Source: Lingula anatina
Taxonomy: Eukaryota > Animalia > Brachiopoda
Direction of reading: 5' to 3'
Assembly: GCA_051362555.1 (NCBI GenBank)
Contig: CM120646.1
Coordinates: forward strand, 20,770,001 to 20,834,000
DNA length: 64,000 nucleotides
Shown: piece after piece, positions 50,935 to 64,000 of the stretch
How the letters are laid out: every line of letters begins with the position of its first letter
Position numbering within the stretch: the stretch's first letter is position 1
Notes under the pieces: generated by a model
What the model saw: the letters and a program-made list of their open reading frames with translations, nothing else
What the model was told of the DNA's origin: nothing
Database searches by the model: none
Made by a program: the position numbers and the translations under genes

Positions 50935-53900
50935 TTAATCTTTTACACAAATAGGGAACTGGCCGGTCCCTGGTCCCACTCCCACGGGTGGTGCCCCAAC
51001 CGGTCCCCCCGGGCACTGGCACGTGGGCTGTCCACAGCCGGGCGGGGAGGTCACCACTGTCCTTGGCTCGCAATGGTATCCGGGATCACAGGTGATAAGC
51101 TGGGGAAAGATAATAAACATATTAATTCATAAACTAATTAATGAGTCTAAATAAATAAATAAATAAATCAGGAAATGTCAACCGATGTGATAAATTAGTA
51201 CAGTTGCATACATGTACCTGAAATAAGATGATTCAAACCTAAGCTTAAGATATTAGCAAATAAATGTATTTGATAAATATCCTCGGAAACTGCTCGCGAT
51301 ATTGGAAGAAAGGCAGGTAATAAATAGGGTTAAAACATCATTAACGTAATAACAATCAGTCTTTTTCTCTACTTTTAAAACTGCAAAACAAAAACAGTTT
51401 CAAAATCACATCTGATATCCGTCGGGAAGGACGGGTGCAATACGTACCGCGCTGCAGTCTACAGTCGGACCTGGGGGACCAGGACACGGGTCGCGCACAC
51501 ATTCCAGTTTCTTGGCCACTGGCTGGGGCACACACGTGCAGTCCCTGTTCTTTAAACAACACGGCGGAGGTGCGAACATTTTAGGCTCGCAGTGGTAGCC
51601 ATCCGAGCATTTGATTAGCTGAAGATAGTATGAAAACAAACTCTATAAATTAAAAATATGTTCCTGTGTGGAGGATCTAAAAAGTATTTATGATACTATC
51701 ATACAATAAATCTAATAGGCGAAGAATAATGAATAATGGGTTTGAATAATAAATGATAGGAAAATTTACGGCAAAAAAAAAACAAAATAATTGGCGACAA
51801 AACTATTTAGCCGTAAAAAGATATACATAACCATCGACCAGGATCCAAATGCGCATGTCGCGTTATTTGTAATCTGGACCCTATATTTTTTTATAATAAT
51901 GTCGCAAAACATTGAGGCCAAAAAAATCGGCATCTTCTTTTGTTCTGTGACATCGAAAGAGAGTAAAGAAGTTTTTTAAACCACCTACGTCCTCACACGG
52001 TCTCTGCACTGCTGGTAGCGTGTTACACGGGGTAGGGACGCAGGTGGGGGGTGCCATCGTTGGCGTCGGTGGACATCTGCATCCGGGATTCTTATCGCAA
52101 TTTGGTGGCGGGTTCACCCATGCCGGCTCACAGTGCTGACCCTGGGGACACTGATTAACTAGTACCTGAATAAGGGGGAAATGTTGTGAGTCTAAATGAT
52201 TCTCGATGCTTAACTCTTTTGAGAAGAAGCCTTCCATTGTACATTGAATCTTCTTATATTATATTATATTATATTATATTATATTATATTATATTATATT
52301 ATATTATATTATATTATATTATATTATATTATATTATATAATGAGGCTCACCTCTTCACAACGCACAGGTGCAGTAGGTAGTGTCCCACACAAGGGTTTC
52401 AGTACACAGGTGGGCGGGGGGACAGGGGGGATGACAGGACACTGACAGCGAGGACCGGATATACAGGTCGGCGTCGGGGTGTACCGCGCAGGTGTGCACT
52501 TGTAGTCTGGACCACACGTTTTGTGCTGAAATTAACAACGAAGGAACTGATTATAAAATACAACTAAAATCTCACCAGTATTTTTTCTTTTTTTTTTTTG
52601 TACCTTATTATTTAAAACTGCATGATTGAGAATGGGTCGTAAGTAAGTAAGCAGAGTAGATAATTTTCCTACGAGTCAGAGATCACAGACTGAAAACTGA
52701 AATACGGGCAAAGTGTCCCGCCTCGGCCGCCACTTCAATCGCTGGCTCAATTAACAGTTAAACATTTTAAACATGCAATAGGATGTTTGACGGCAGATGG
52801 AAATATACAGTTTATACAATATACAGAACATATAGTAAATGCATCGTACGAATTAATAATGACATTTAATACCACTTAATACAAGTAATAAACGTACAGT
52901 GTATATGTAACTTACGTTTTCACACGGTTCTGGGTATGGAGTCTCTGTGGAACACTCAGGCAGGGGAATACAGGTGGGGAGAGGAGGGGGTGGACCGGGG
53001 GGTGGACAGACACACCTGGGTCCCTTAACACACTGGTCAGCCGGCTGGTAATATGCAGGGTCACAGTAGTACCCAGCATCACAATTTGTCACCTGGTTAA
53101 TGGAAAAGAAATTAGGCCACTACAGGTTCAAAACGTGAATAAGGTGAAACGTTTGATATAAATTACTATAGCTTTTAAAGGCACTACATGTTGTATTAGA
53201 CAACTTAATGCATTATTTGTTTTTCAATATAGTGAAAATACTGGAGAAATGTGACATTTCATCTACAATTATCATGCAAAGATTTGTATCAAGAAATGTG
53301 CTTATATCATAAATGTTCCCCATTCTTTCTCCCTCTATAACCTGTCACGGAAGGTAAACATTGACATCAAAGTTTTTCTCGATATTTGTCTGTCCGTTGT
53401 TTGACATCACATCGAACGTGCACTATACTTGTATATATTACATTAATAAAAAAAAATAACAGACAAATTTGTAAATACTGCTATGAACCCAGCTTACACG
53501 TTCACACGGTACGGGACTTGGGGTTTGTGTTGGACACTCCGGCAGGGGAATACAGGTTGGGAGAGGAGGACCCACAGGGGGGCGGGGGCAGACACATCCG
53601 GGCTTTTTGTCACACACGGGAGGCGGCTGGTACCATGGCGGGTCGCAGTAATATCCCGCAGAACACGTAGTTACCTGTAAAAAAAAAGAGAAAAAAAAGG
53701 CCAAATGGTATGGATGAGTGCATGGTTATCATCGATGGAATCACAGTTATCAAAGTGCCAAGTTGAAATCTTTTGTTAATCGTATCATAATGTTTTGCAA
53801 GAAAGGCAGTACATTTAAGTATATAAGTGGGTAAAAAATGAGGAAATTAGTGTAATACAGTATCGGCAATCCTCTGTGACCTTTCAGACTATTAAAACGT

Positions 53901-56441
53901 CTAAATCTCAGTCTGAGATGGCCTAAAATGGGGCTACGAGACTAAAAACGTGCCATCATCAGCGTGAGTTAGGACTTATCTCTTTGCAGTAATGGTGAAT
54001 ATGCAACGAATAGTGTTATAAAAAGCAGAACAATAGATACAAATACGAGTGTATATACGTACTTTTTTGTAAAACATAATAATTCTACAGAACAGAGAAA
54101 ATATCCAAAAATATCCCTATATGAATTCTATCGGCTTTTATACCGATACATTGGCACAACGCAGTCGCTGGTCTGGTTCCAAACCCAGCTAAATTTATTT
54201 TCATTATTGTAAGCTAAGCGTTAGATGTTGGGCTATCTTGAATGATTCGATCAGTTTGTCGATTTTACTTTAACTATGCAAGTGAATGACCTCTGGCCAC
54301 TGGTTTCGTGTACTCACGATTTCGCAGCGTTGTCGCCCCGGCATAGGAGACATGTTACAGGGGGGCAGAGGGACGCAGGTTGGGAGGGGGCCGGGCGCCG
54401 GCAGACTGGGACACACACAGCCGGGCTTTTTTATGCACTCCCGGGGCTGGGTGTAAAAGTTCGGTTCGCATTTGAATCCACTTTGGCAATTGGTCACCTG
54501 AAAAAGAACCGTGATCGATGAAATACAGTGTCTCATTAATCCCATACTTTTATAAGATACAGGTAAATATATAGTGAAAACCGAATTCATTTCTTGTAGA
54601 TGGTCACCTGCTTGAAAAAGGGGAATATCAAAGCCAGAAAGACATGCAAAATGCGAGTAGTAAATAACACCCTCAACACTTCTCAAAAATATATCTAGCC
54701 ATTTCACGTGTTATTAAAAGCATATCGGCTGGGAAAAAGGATAAGATAATGTTCATATGCATACATACAAGTGATTGCGTAGGAATAGTAATCACACATG
54801 TATACAGTATATCCGTAGATGCCAAGTGAATAAATGAACTGATATACTTGATCGTAGATTCTTACATTTCGATAAACATCATATAAAATCAGCTGCAGGG
54901 GGCTACATTTTATGTCCACAAATTTTGCGACATAAGAGCGATGTTAGTAAGATGATGACTCATATTCAACTACATAAATTAGCTATATGAGTGGCACTGC
55001 ACAATGTTGTAGGGAACACGCTCCTCATAAGGAGTCGAACAATTCTCAATACACGTATATCAATCTGAACCATAAGTGCTTTGTACGGTAGGATAGGTAC
55101 TCTGTCGTATGTACATACACGTAGCAGAACCAGAACGTGCTTACTTGTGAACAGCGCACTGTTTTTGCCGCTCTAACTTCACACTCGGGGTCTCTAACAC
55201 ATCCCCCTACAGGATGTGCGGGCATCTCACATCTCTGGGACGGAGAAGGCTGGAAGGTGATGTCACAGTGGTACCCGGGACCGCAACTGTGGCCCTAGAA
55301 ATAAAATAGACAACTTCATTAGTGAGTGCTCTGTCACACCCGGCACAATCAGGAGTCGCAACAAACACAATCAATGTAAGTTTAGCGTAGGTACCATTCT
55401 TTTTATGTTGGACGTTTAAAATGCGTGGAAAGACTTTGATAGTGTACGTACCTGGTTATTTTAATTAAACATATTTCTCGCTGTTGAGGTGAACTGCCTT
55501 TTGGTATGCACCAAACGCAGTATTCCACACGTAATGCAGGCTATAAGATGCCCAGACTGTTACAGTGCTGTCGGGGTATTCTCAAAATATTTTCATAATG
55601 TTGAAATGGTATGTGAAATGGTATGTTTAAATGGTATGTTGTCAAAGAAGCTATTAGCATGTCATGTGCACATTTTGAAAAGCACTGTCATTTTACGCAT
55701 GCTACGACTATTTTTTTTTTTTTTTTTTGGTTTTCCATTCACACAACATCACAGGTGCCGACTTAATATCATAAAAAAAGAAATATTTAAAGTCAAACCA
55801 CACCATTTGTATAGAATGTATTGACTAAATGTATACTGAATACTTTTGTCGTCATATACATTAGGCTCATACGACTGTCCAGTGGCGTCATATACCTTAC
55901 CTGACTACAGAGAACTTTGAAACCTCCTTGCACGCACCCTGACTGCCCAGAAGCTGCGGTGAAAAGTACCTGTAAATGAAGAAGGGTAAAGAAGCACTTA
56001 AAATATCGTAGTAAAATGTTCATTGATATACGATATAATAGCAGATGCAACATCTTGTTGTCATACACAAGTCATTAATAAATATTACCTCTTTTTGATT
56101 CTAAAGAATAATATCACTTACAAAAGGCGTGTGCGTTTTGTGCTTACACCCTCGCCCCTTAAAAAAAGCCTTGAGTCCGTTCGTAACTTAAACATTATTA
56201 CATGTATGTATTCATATGATTTCGATTGATAACCATGGCGGAAACGGCCAAATAAACATGCCCAAACAAGGACATATAAGATTGACTCCCACATAATGAT
56301 GGTGTTTGGCTTGTAAATTCCGAAAAACAAATCTATCCTAGATGGACTTACTGAAAAAACAAAGAGATTCTTTTAAATGAAATATTCACTCACCGTAAAA
56401 ATTGCATATAATAAAGTTAACGGAGCGCCCGCTTTCATCAT
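50935..56441 (-). CDS. Secreted Pro/Cys-rich repeat protein, 495 aa, 10 exons (follistatin-N-like repeats)
   Basis: Minus-strand exons 56441-56394, 55969-55901, 55294-55145, 54497-54318, 53674-53498, 53092-52916, 52525-52352, 52165-51989, 51618-51448, 51099-50935; all GT-AG and phase 0. Signal peptide MMKAGAPLTLLYAIFTVLFTAASG. Eight repeats of C-x2-G-x2-C-x10-C-x5-C-x-C-(Pro-rich)-C-x4/5-C-x9/10-C. Confidence 0.9.
52257..52339. repeat. (TATAT)n pentanucleotide microsatellite in an intron
   Basis: Direct reading. Confidence 0.95.
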
Positions 56442-56496
56442 TTTCTTTGCGTCTTCGAGACACAGGTCCAATGTCTCGTGCTGCCGTTCGAAGGAT

Positions 56497-56506
56497 TTTA
56501 TTTATA
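56497..56506 (-). promoter_or_regulatory. TATA box of the Pro/Cys-rich gene
   Basis: TATAAATAAA on the minus strand ~60 bp upstream of the ATG at 56441. Confidence 0.6.
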
Positions 56507-58239
56507 CAATTTTGCAACACCGTGCAATGCATCTTAACTCCAATTGAATTCCCATTTAAGGACCTAACAAGGCGTTTACACTCTTTAAAATGGATCTATG
56601 ATGATTACAGCTGGAGCGCAAGCTTAATTTAAGACATAGATCTGTCTCTTTTTATGTCAATTTAACCTGCTACAATGCACTGAAAATTGATATGTCCAAT
56701 TCAGCACTTGCACGCGCAAAGACTTCTTCACCCTATCTGCATTTACAGACCTTTTTATTCGTCTAGGAAATGTATTTCGGGGTAAAAATTACTGATCCAA
56801 AAGTTTTCTTACTTAAAGTGTCTTCAAAGGGATTAACTTTCAAACAGCGTGTTGTCTTTGGTTAATTTAAACTCTTCCATTAAATGGTACACCACGAAAA
56901 AAATGTTGATTAAATGCCTGTATAAATGACACTTAATATCAGTCCTAACCTACTTTAGGTGGTGCGTGAGAATGTAATTGTTCGAAAATTCCATGCACAG
57001 ACACACATTATGTCAAGAATAGATCGACGAAGAAGATGCACGTTTTTGTAGGAGTCCTGTATCCTTGATGTTAAACAAGATGAAACGAGCGTGGCGAAAA
57101 TTTAGAAGAAAACCGTATTAGGAAAAATGAGAAAAAGTCGGTTTCTTATATGTTATAGTTGTTATTTATAGCTATACAACTTGTTTATAGAGAACATCAT
57201 ATTTCAAATCAAAGCCATTACGTGGGGGTTAGACACGACTAAATGTTTACTTCATCTGACTTCCTTAATTAAATGCTATATTTTCGTGGACAGCTTTATT
57301 TCATACATCACTGCGGTCACATTAGCGATATATTGTACTCAAGATGAAAAGTACTTTTTATTTTTTTTAGCTGCTTCCCTGCAATATCACCGCCCATCAA
57401 GCCTGCCCTGTGATAACCTGTTAATCCATTAAAATTTTTTTCTGCTCTGTTTCTAAAGCAACGGTGTAGACATTTTTAGATGGGTTTTCACTTTGCTAAC
57501 TTCATTATTAATTAAAGCAATAATAACTCTTCCTTTGAGATTCAAAATTCCGCATGAAATACATTGTAAACAACGCATGGAAATATATTCTATTGTATTT
57601 TACCACTAAAACGGCCGTTATTGCAGTAAAACTAAAATCTGTGCTTGTCAATCGGGCTTTCGATGCTTTCATCAAGGCATTCGTTGCTAATGACGTAATG
57701 GTGTCACGCGGATTCTCGCGTTCATTCGAGACCAAAATAACATATGGCGCCAAACGCATTAATGCGGACGCAGACGTAAGTTGCGAGTTTTTGTACAGTG
57801 CGTCGGATAACGAAAAGCCCAGAATGGCACACATTGTGGATATTAATGTATTTTTAACAAAAAGACGAATATATCTCATGAATCTTATATAGTGTTGTTG
57901 TTGTCTGCTTTTCCCGCGGTTTTAAGTAGGTCAACAGTGACTATGCGATGTCAGAGAGAGCTCCGTCAGTTAAAATCTCTTAAGAGATTTTAACAAAAAA
58001 ACCGTACGTTTAGGAAAAAAACCCTGGATTAACTTTGAATGCAGGAATGGGGTCGCTGACCATTGGTAAGTACGGGAAAATTGCCGTTTACTCCAGGAAA
58101 ATCCAATTTTTGGCCAAAATGAAGAGTTATTATGACTTTAAGCCTATTTTCTCGTTTCCACCCTGTTTAAATACAGACACCGCTAGATGATTTTTACAGA
58201 GAGTTTTTGATGATCCCGACGCGAACAGCTGTATCCTTT

Positions 58240-58910
58240 TGTTTGCGCCTTACATGCACATCCTCAGTGGCAAGCCTATCCGTCCGGAAGGTTTCATGTT
58301 CCTAACTTTCCTAACTCCAATGGCGTAAGGGTACGATGTAAAAAAAAAACAGAATCAACCACATCCCGAGGTAAAAAAAAAAAAACATTCCGAAGTGCCC
58401 GTTCATGACAACTTAATCAGTCCCCAAGGTTTCATGTTCCTAACTCCAATGGTCTAAGGGTATATAGCAGAAATTACGTTGTGAAAAGAGAATCAACCAT
58501 CCCAGGGACGGCCACACCCAATGTCACAAAAAAAACAGAAGGACCCATACACATCCACAAAGCCAGATTTTTCTATTCCCAAAGCCTTACGTTCCTAAGT
58601 TTAATGGTCTAAAGGTAGATAGCAGAAATCACAATGTAAAAAAATATTCAACTGCCCCCAGGACCAACTCCCGAGTCAAAACATTCTGAAGTGCCCTTCC
58701 GCATCCCAAATCATACTGTAGCTACGTTTCATGTTCCTTACTCAACTGGCAGAGACAATGGGTAGATAGTTGAAAATATGAAGTAAAAATTAGACTCGAC
58801 CACCCCTAGGGACGACCACACCCAAGTCACATAAAATTTCGAAGAGCCTTTGCAAATTCCTCATGATCATTTTATTAATCTTCGACATATCAAGTTCCTA
58901 TATGATGATA
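58240..58910. repeat. Degenerate tandem repeat, ~140-165 bp unit, 4-5 copies
   Basis: Recurring GTTTCATGTTCCTAACTCCAATGG..AGGGTA..TAGCAGAAAT..TCAACCA at ~58290, 58430, 58590, 58727. Confidence 0.7.
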
Positions 58911-59653
58911 TTGAAAGTAACAATGTGAGATGGATTATGCATGTCCACCATCATTGTCCACCCCAGCGGTCTTCTAAACAATTTTCATCAGTACAATTCG
59001 CTATGTTTTGTTTATGATAAGATCAACTATAAAATAAAGGCATTTTTTCCTGGATTTATTTCACAGACTATTGTAACAGTAATTTGATTATTAATTTAAA
59101 AGCGATGTGTAAGTTATCAGGTAGTAGCCTAAACGTCCACGTTCTTGATATGGTTTACCAGCAACAAATTTATAAAAGAAAACATATCACTTGTTCTTGA
59201 ACGCTGGGACTTCGAGACCTTTCCATTCTTTTCCACTTCCGGAACTTACAGATGTGTCTGATGTCTAATTCGATAATTTCATTTTAACGGGAAAAGGAAA
59301 ATTAATCAATATATGTTTTGATTCGCGGCATCACAAGATTGAAGCTACCCCCCATCACACTTAGTTTTTTAAGTAATGAGAAGAAAGAAATAGTTTGTCG
59401 TCAATTACTTTGTGTCAGTTTTTCTAATTTCGTCTTTCCAAGCGATTCTGGCACCATGTATTAGTGACGTTTTTCAAGAACGATTCCAACAACCAGAAAC
59501 TAGAAAATACTCATTTTCGCTACCAAAAACGCTTGAAAAACGAAAATTCTATATGGCGCCAGAATCGTTTTTAAAAACGAAACTAGAAACTAAACTCTAC
59601 AACAACTTCAGTGCCCGTATGGCGGTTGGATGATGCGGGAGGAGGTGGTGGTT

Positions 59654-62600
59654 CTAATTATCCACGCATCTAGGGCTTGGGCCAGCTGGCCCAGGTGGTG
59701 GACAGCGACATCCGGGTTTTCTGATACAACTCCGTCGCCCAAGCAACATCCTTGGCTCACAATGTTGTCCTGGGGGGCAGCGTACCCTCTGGAAATGGAA
59801 ATACAGGCTATGACAGATTATGCTTATTTAATTGTATTCGACATTTCATTGGGTGAGAATTAGGCTCTATTCCCATAGATTTTAGATCGATCTATCCCCG
59901 CGGGGAGTCTCACTAGATTACTTTCAGATAATCCGACTTAAATGTCCGTCCCGCCTACTACAAGCTGTAAGGAGGTAATTAACTTTCGTGTCCGCCCGGC
60001 TGACAGCTATTTAGCGTGAACCCCCAGGGAGTTAGGTCGATCTAAAGTAGGTCGATCTAATCTATGGAAATGGGGTGTTAAAATGCTATAATCTCTACGC
60101 TTTAATCTCTTTTTTTCTTTATTTGGAGATATTGGTATTATTGAAAGGGTGGGAATATGTTCATGTGTAGTTTAATGTTACAGCAGGATTGATACAACTG
60201 TGTATTAGCTACAGTGTAATTGGGGTTTTTCTGTGTTCGTTCTGGGGTAGCATTACATACTTTAACTGCCAATATTTTTTTTTAAATTGAGATGGAGCTT
60301 TATAGTTTTCGCGAGGTGATTTGACTATAATTTCCGCTACTTTTCTAATTTTCCTCTTTGTGAAAAAAATTTCGATCTATCCAGAATCACACTATTTCAA
60401 ACTGCATATACATATATTGCATCTCTTTATAATTGATAGTTTACTTATAAATCAAGAAAGAGTAACGTAAAGCTGTGAATTTGTAGGCTCAAAACTTATT
60501 TTAATCCAGGGATAATATGTAATAATGAACGCATATTGCAGTCACACTCTACCAGTATGTAATGTGTCGGTTTTAAAACGGGGGTAAGAAGACAGGACCA
60601 CATGCATATGATCAATATATCAGACTATTTCTGTTTGAAAAGGATTGCATCTCCACTAAAGGCAAAATTTAAACCATACCACAGCACAGGATACGGGATG
60701 GCCAGGCGGACTCATATCACACAGTGGATCTTCCACGCACTCCGGAATGGGTCCCTGTGGGCCAGGCGGAGGGCATCTACATCCGGGCTTCTTTATACAG
60801 GAGGGGCGGGATGCTATCATGGCTGGTTCACAGTGTTCCCCTCTGTCACATGAGATAAGCTGGAAGAGGCACGGTATATAAGTAAATAGTTGAATTCCGC
60901 AACAACAGTGATTGGGGACATTTGTATTCAGGAGCACGCTGATGTAATTTCAAGTTAAAATGTTTGATGATTATCAGATAGATAAGCAAATACATTGAAA
61001 ACCTGGTGTAATACATGACAGAATACATGACAGAAATGTATTTAACCAGCGCCTGCAAAAAGTCGATAAGATTAAGATTTATTCTTCATTTAAATGTGAA
61101 CATTCTATCCAAAGTCCCGCGTCTTAGGCTATTAAGGCCGGTGATAGTAAAAGGACCAAAGTCATTGAAACAAAGCCCTGGGCTTATAAGTTTTTATAAA
61201 AAATTAAAACAAACTTCCCAAAAGGCCAATTAAAGACGGGGATTAAGTACAGTGTCCAACGGATGACGCTCTGGCGCCAATTTGAGGGGAAAAATGCCGT
61301 TTTCGGTATTGGGATTTTCTCTATAACCAAGACAGCTATTCAAGTGATTCAAAAGGCCTCATAAAGCTGGGTGAAAGCACTTCAGCGCGGTACCAGGGAA
61401 TTGTCTTAAACTATTTACTTTTGATTTTATCATCTTTTACGTTAAATTACCCCATATTTCAATGGCTTATTCACTTCAAAAGGCGATATCTTTCAAACAA
61501 ACAATTTTCTCTTAAACCCCTGATATCATGCTGTAGTCCACATTCCTAACAACAATAGGTGCAACTTTTGTAACGATCGGTTGCTCAGATAGTGAGATAT
61601 ACTTGGCAGCGATTCACTTATCTCGTCAATATAGAAAGCTGTTAAAACAGCCAAAAACGTTCACAGGCTGGTTAACAGGGCTTATTAGTCAAATGCTTAG
61701 CTGGCAAATTTACCTGTTATCGGTTATACGATCAGCTGGAACCATTGCTTATTGTCATCTAAAAATATTTTGTTTGGGTGCTTTGAAGGGGCAGAAAATC
61801 GTGCTTTTGTTACATTTTCCGACCACTCGTTAGGCATGTAAGCGTGCCGCCATTTTGATTGACAGCTCTGGAGAGGGCCCTAGCCTTGTGATGCCCAGTA
61901 GGGTGTCAAGGATATGTAGAAGGAAGCGCTAACAAAGGCGATTACGTTTAACCGCAATCAAGAGGTGTGAAGTTGCATTTGAACGTTTCAATGGCTCTTC
62001 CTCGGCAATCGAGTAATTTTACCTGAGAGATTCCTTCTTTGTTATCGGCAAAGTGATCAGATAAAACTGTGTCGAGAGCAAGTGTCCGTCACTTGTGTTG
62101 ATACGAGTTTTTTGACGGGTAACGCTGCAGGATTATTTTGCACGGCACTTGGTAGTCGTCAGATCAACGGAAAAATCCAGTGATTACTTCAGAGCGGTCT
62201 CGCTCAAAATGCCAGCTAAGATAAAGGGGAGACGCTCAGCTGCACAAGATTCAGCGGTAAAAGTGGCTGAGAGAAGGCTTTTGAATAAATATTTTATTTT
62301 TACACACATGACACTTAGACCCTATTTGCTTTTTACCTGCTAGCCTTGACTATTCTCGGGGTCTTTTTGTGATTTTCATTTTTGGACACTTGAACTCTTT
62401 CTTCCCGCTTGATCAGTGATTTTGAAATTGTTTTTCTCCAAATATCGCAAAATGCAAAGCCGCTAACATGCGTTTTTATTTTTATTGTTTTAATCATGCT
62501 GTCAACCTTTGCTTGGATTTCTCTTGTTTGGCCATTCAAATCACAATTTTTCGCGTGTCTCTCAAGCTCCATGATATCATATCTTGGAGAATAAAATTTT

Positions 62601-64000
62601 ATTTTGTCAACATTAGATTTACCATTTGCAAACGGCGACCAACAATCATTTCCGGTTTCGTAACGTGTCGCAGATACGCTCGACGATATATATCGCAAAA
62701 ATTAAAGGCTAGGCTAAAAGTATCCTTTTTTAGCTTTTTTTATTTATGTTTTTATCGATTTTTCTTTCATTTGTCAATTAATTTAGACGTTTCGATTAAC
62801 TCTTTCACCCATTTATTAGGTATACAGAAATCAGTCATCCGACTGAACAAATAGGGCCGGTTTTCCCCAACCGCCACGCATAGGCCTTACTCTCAAAATT
62901 TTCCTTCTTTTCTCTGGAAAGGGACTTTTAACACGAACTTTTCTCTTCCCCATAGTGTACTAGCTAGACTTCTTCGCTGCTAAGCTGATGTAAGACTTAT
63001 GACCTATTACCGCACACGTAATCGGCTTATAACTCATTAACTGTACTCCGACCCCCTCATGGCAACGGCCCTTAGTAACAGAGGCGTGGCTTAGTTGTCA
63101 GCCTGACTGGGGCGCGTGCCGGTTGAAAAACTCATCAAAAGACGCATTTTGCGATGCAAATCCATAAAAATTATTACATCCAACGTTAGATACTTTTTTG
63201 ATTAATATAAACACACAAAAAACTCAAAAACACGATTTTAAGCGTATTTAACCCTATCACCGACCTTAAAACTAGTAGGTTCACCATATTTCCTCCTTAT
63301 AAGTTATATAGCTTCGTCACGTTTCTATCATTTACTTCATCTTTTCAGAATTATTTTTAAAATCTTCAATAAAAAATCCCAACCACACCTCACTGCAAGG
63401 TACAGGATGACCCGGTGGACTCATAGCACACAGTGGATCCCTCACGCACCTCGGAGTGGGTCCCCGTGGGCCAGGCGGAGGACATCTACATCCTGGCTTC
63501 TTTATACAGGAGGGACGGGATGTTATCATGGCTGGTTCACAGTGTTCCCCTCTGTCACATGAGATAAGCTGGAAGAGGCACGGTATACTACTATCTCCTT
63601 CTACATAGTTGATTTATAAAAACATTGATTGGGGTCATTCGTATTCAGGAGTACGCTAGTTTCAAGTCAAAACGTTTGTTGATGAAAAGAAAGATAAGCA
63701 TTTAAAACACATTGCAAATAGGAAACAATCTAATGTAATACACGACAAAATGAATTTTATGAGCGCCTGCAAAAAAAAAAACGATAAAATTAAGATTTAT
63801 TCTGCATTTGAAAGTGAACAGTCTATCCAAAGTCCCGCGTCGTAGGCTATTAAAACTACATAGTTGGTTCACCATATTTCCTCCTTATATAGCTTCGTCA
63901 CGTTTCTATCATTTACTTCATATTTTCAGAATTATTTTAAAATCTCCAACAGAAAAAATCCCAACCACACCTCACTGCAAGGTACAGGATGACCCGGTGG
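59654..64000 (-). CDS. Second Pro/Cys-rich repeat gene (paralogue), 5'-partial
   Basis: Phase-0 exons >64000-63971, 63568-63389, 60859-60680, 59788-59654 (RVRCPPGQHCEP..CIRKPGCRCPPPGP..CVDN*); same Cys spacing as the gene at 50935-56441. Confidence 0.88.
59862..60080. mobile_element. MITE-like inverted-repeat element in an intron
   Basis: ATTCCCATAGATT..AGATCGATCTA at the left versus TAGGTCGATCTAATCTATGGAAAT at the right. Confidence 0.55.
61136..63265. mobile_element. Kolobok-like non-autonomous DNA transposon, 2130 bp
   Basis: TTAA TSD (61132-35, 63266-69), TIRs GGCCGGTGATAG / CTATCACCGACC. The empty site GGCTA-TTAA-AACTA is visible in the duplicated intron at ~63845-63858. Confidence 0.85.

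Noticed and set aside
57508-57892. Overlapping 123-aa and 112-aa ORFs on opposite strands
   Set aside because: No recognisable motif or splice context; likely chance ORFs in repeat-derived DNA.
62333-62854. ORFs inside the Kolobok-like element as a transposase
   Set aside because: Short, no DDE, THAP or zinc motif recognised.

Overview
AT-rich, intron-containing DNA from an invertebrate animal (lophotrochozoan-like repeat content; inference). Left to right: (1) the 3' part of an RNF213/mysterin-like giant E3 ligase gene (one >4 kb exon plus a short last exon, degenerate RZ finger), then an L2-type LINE relic and a decayed duplicate of the gene's last exons; (2) a three-layer transposon nest at 8.8-20.3 kb: a CACTA/EnSpm element (CC TSD) holding a solo LTR (CATA TSD) whose first bases were hit by a 7.46 kb IS3EU-type DNA transposon (ATATGT TSD) with an 11-exon DDE transposase gene; (3) a MITE and a young CR1/L2-group LINE with a 2A-like peptide, scrambled by a deletion-inversion-inverted duplication that left a ~1.03 kb near-perfect inverted repeat; (4) three tandem paralogues of an unrecognised, apparently leaderless EGF-like/Cys-rich ~205 aa gene (one broken, two intact); (5) two minus-strand paralogues of a Pro/Cys-rich repeat gene built from phase-0 ~60-codon exons (one complete, secreted, 495 aa; one partial, with recent exon duplication and a Kolobok-like insertion). 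All gene models were spliced by eye and no database search was possible.
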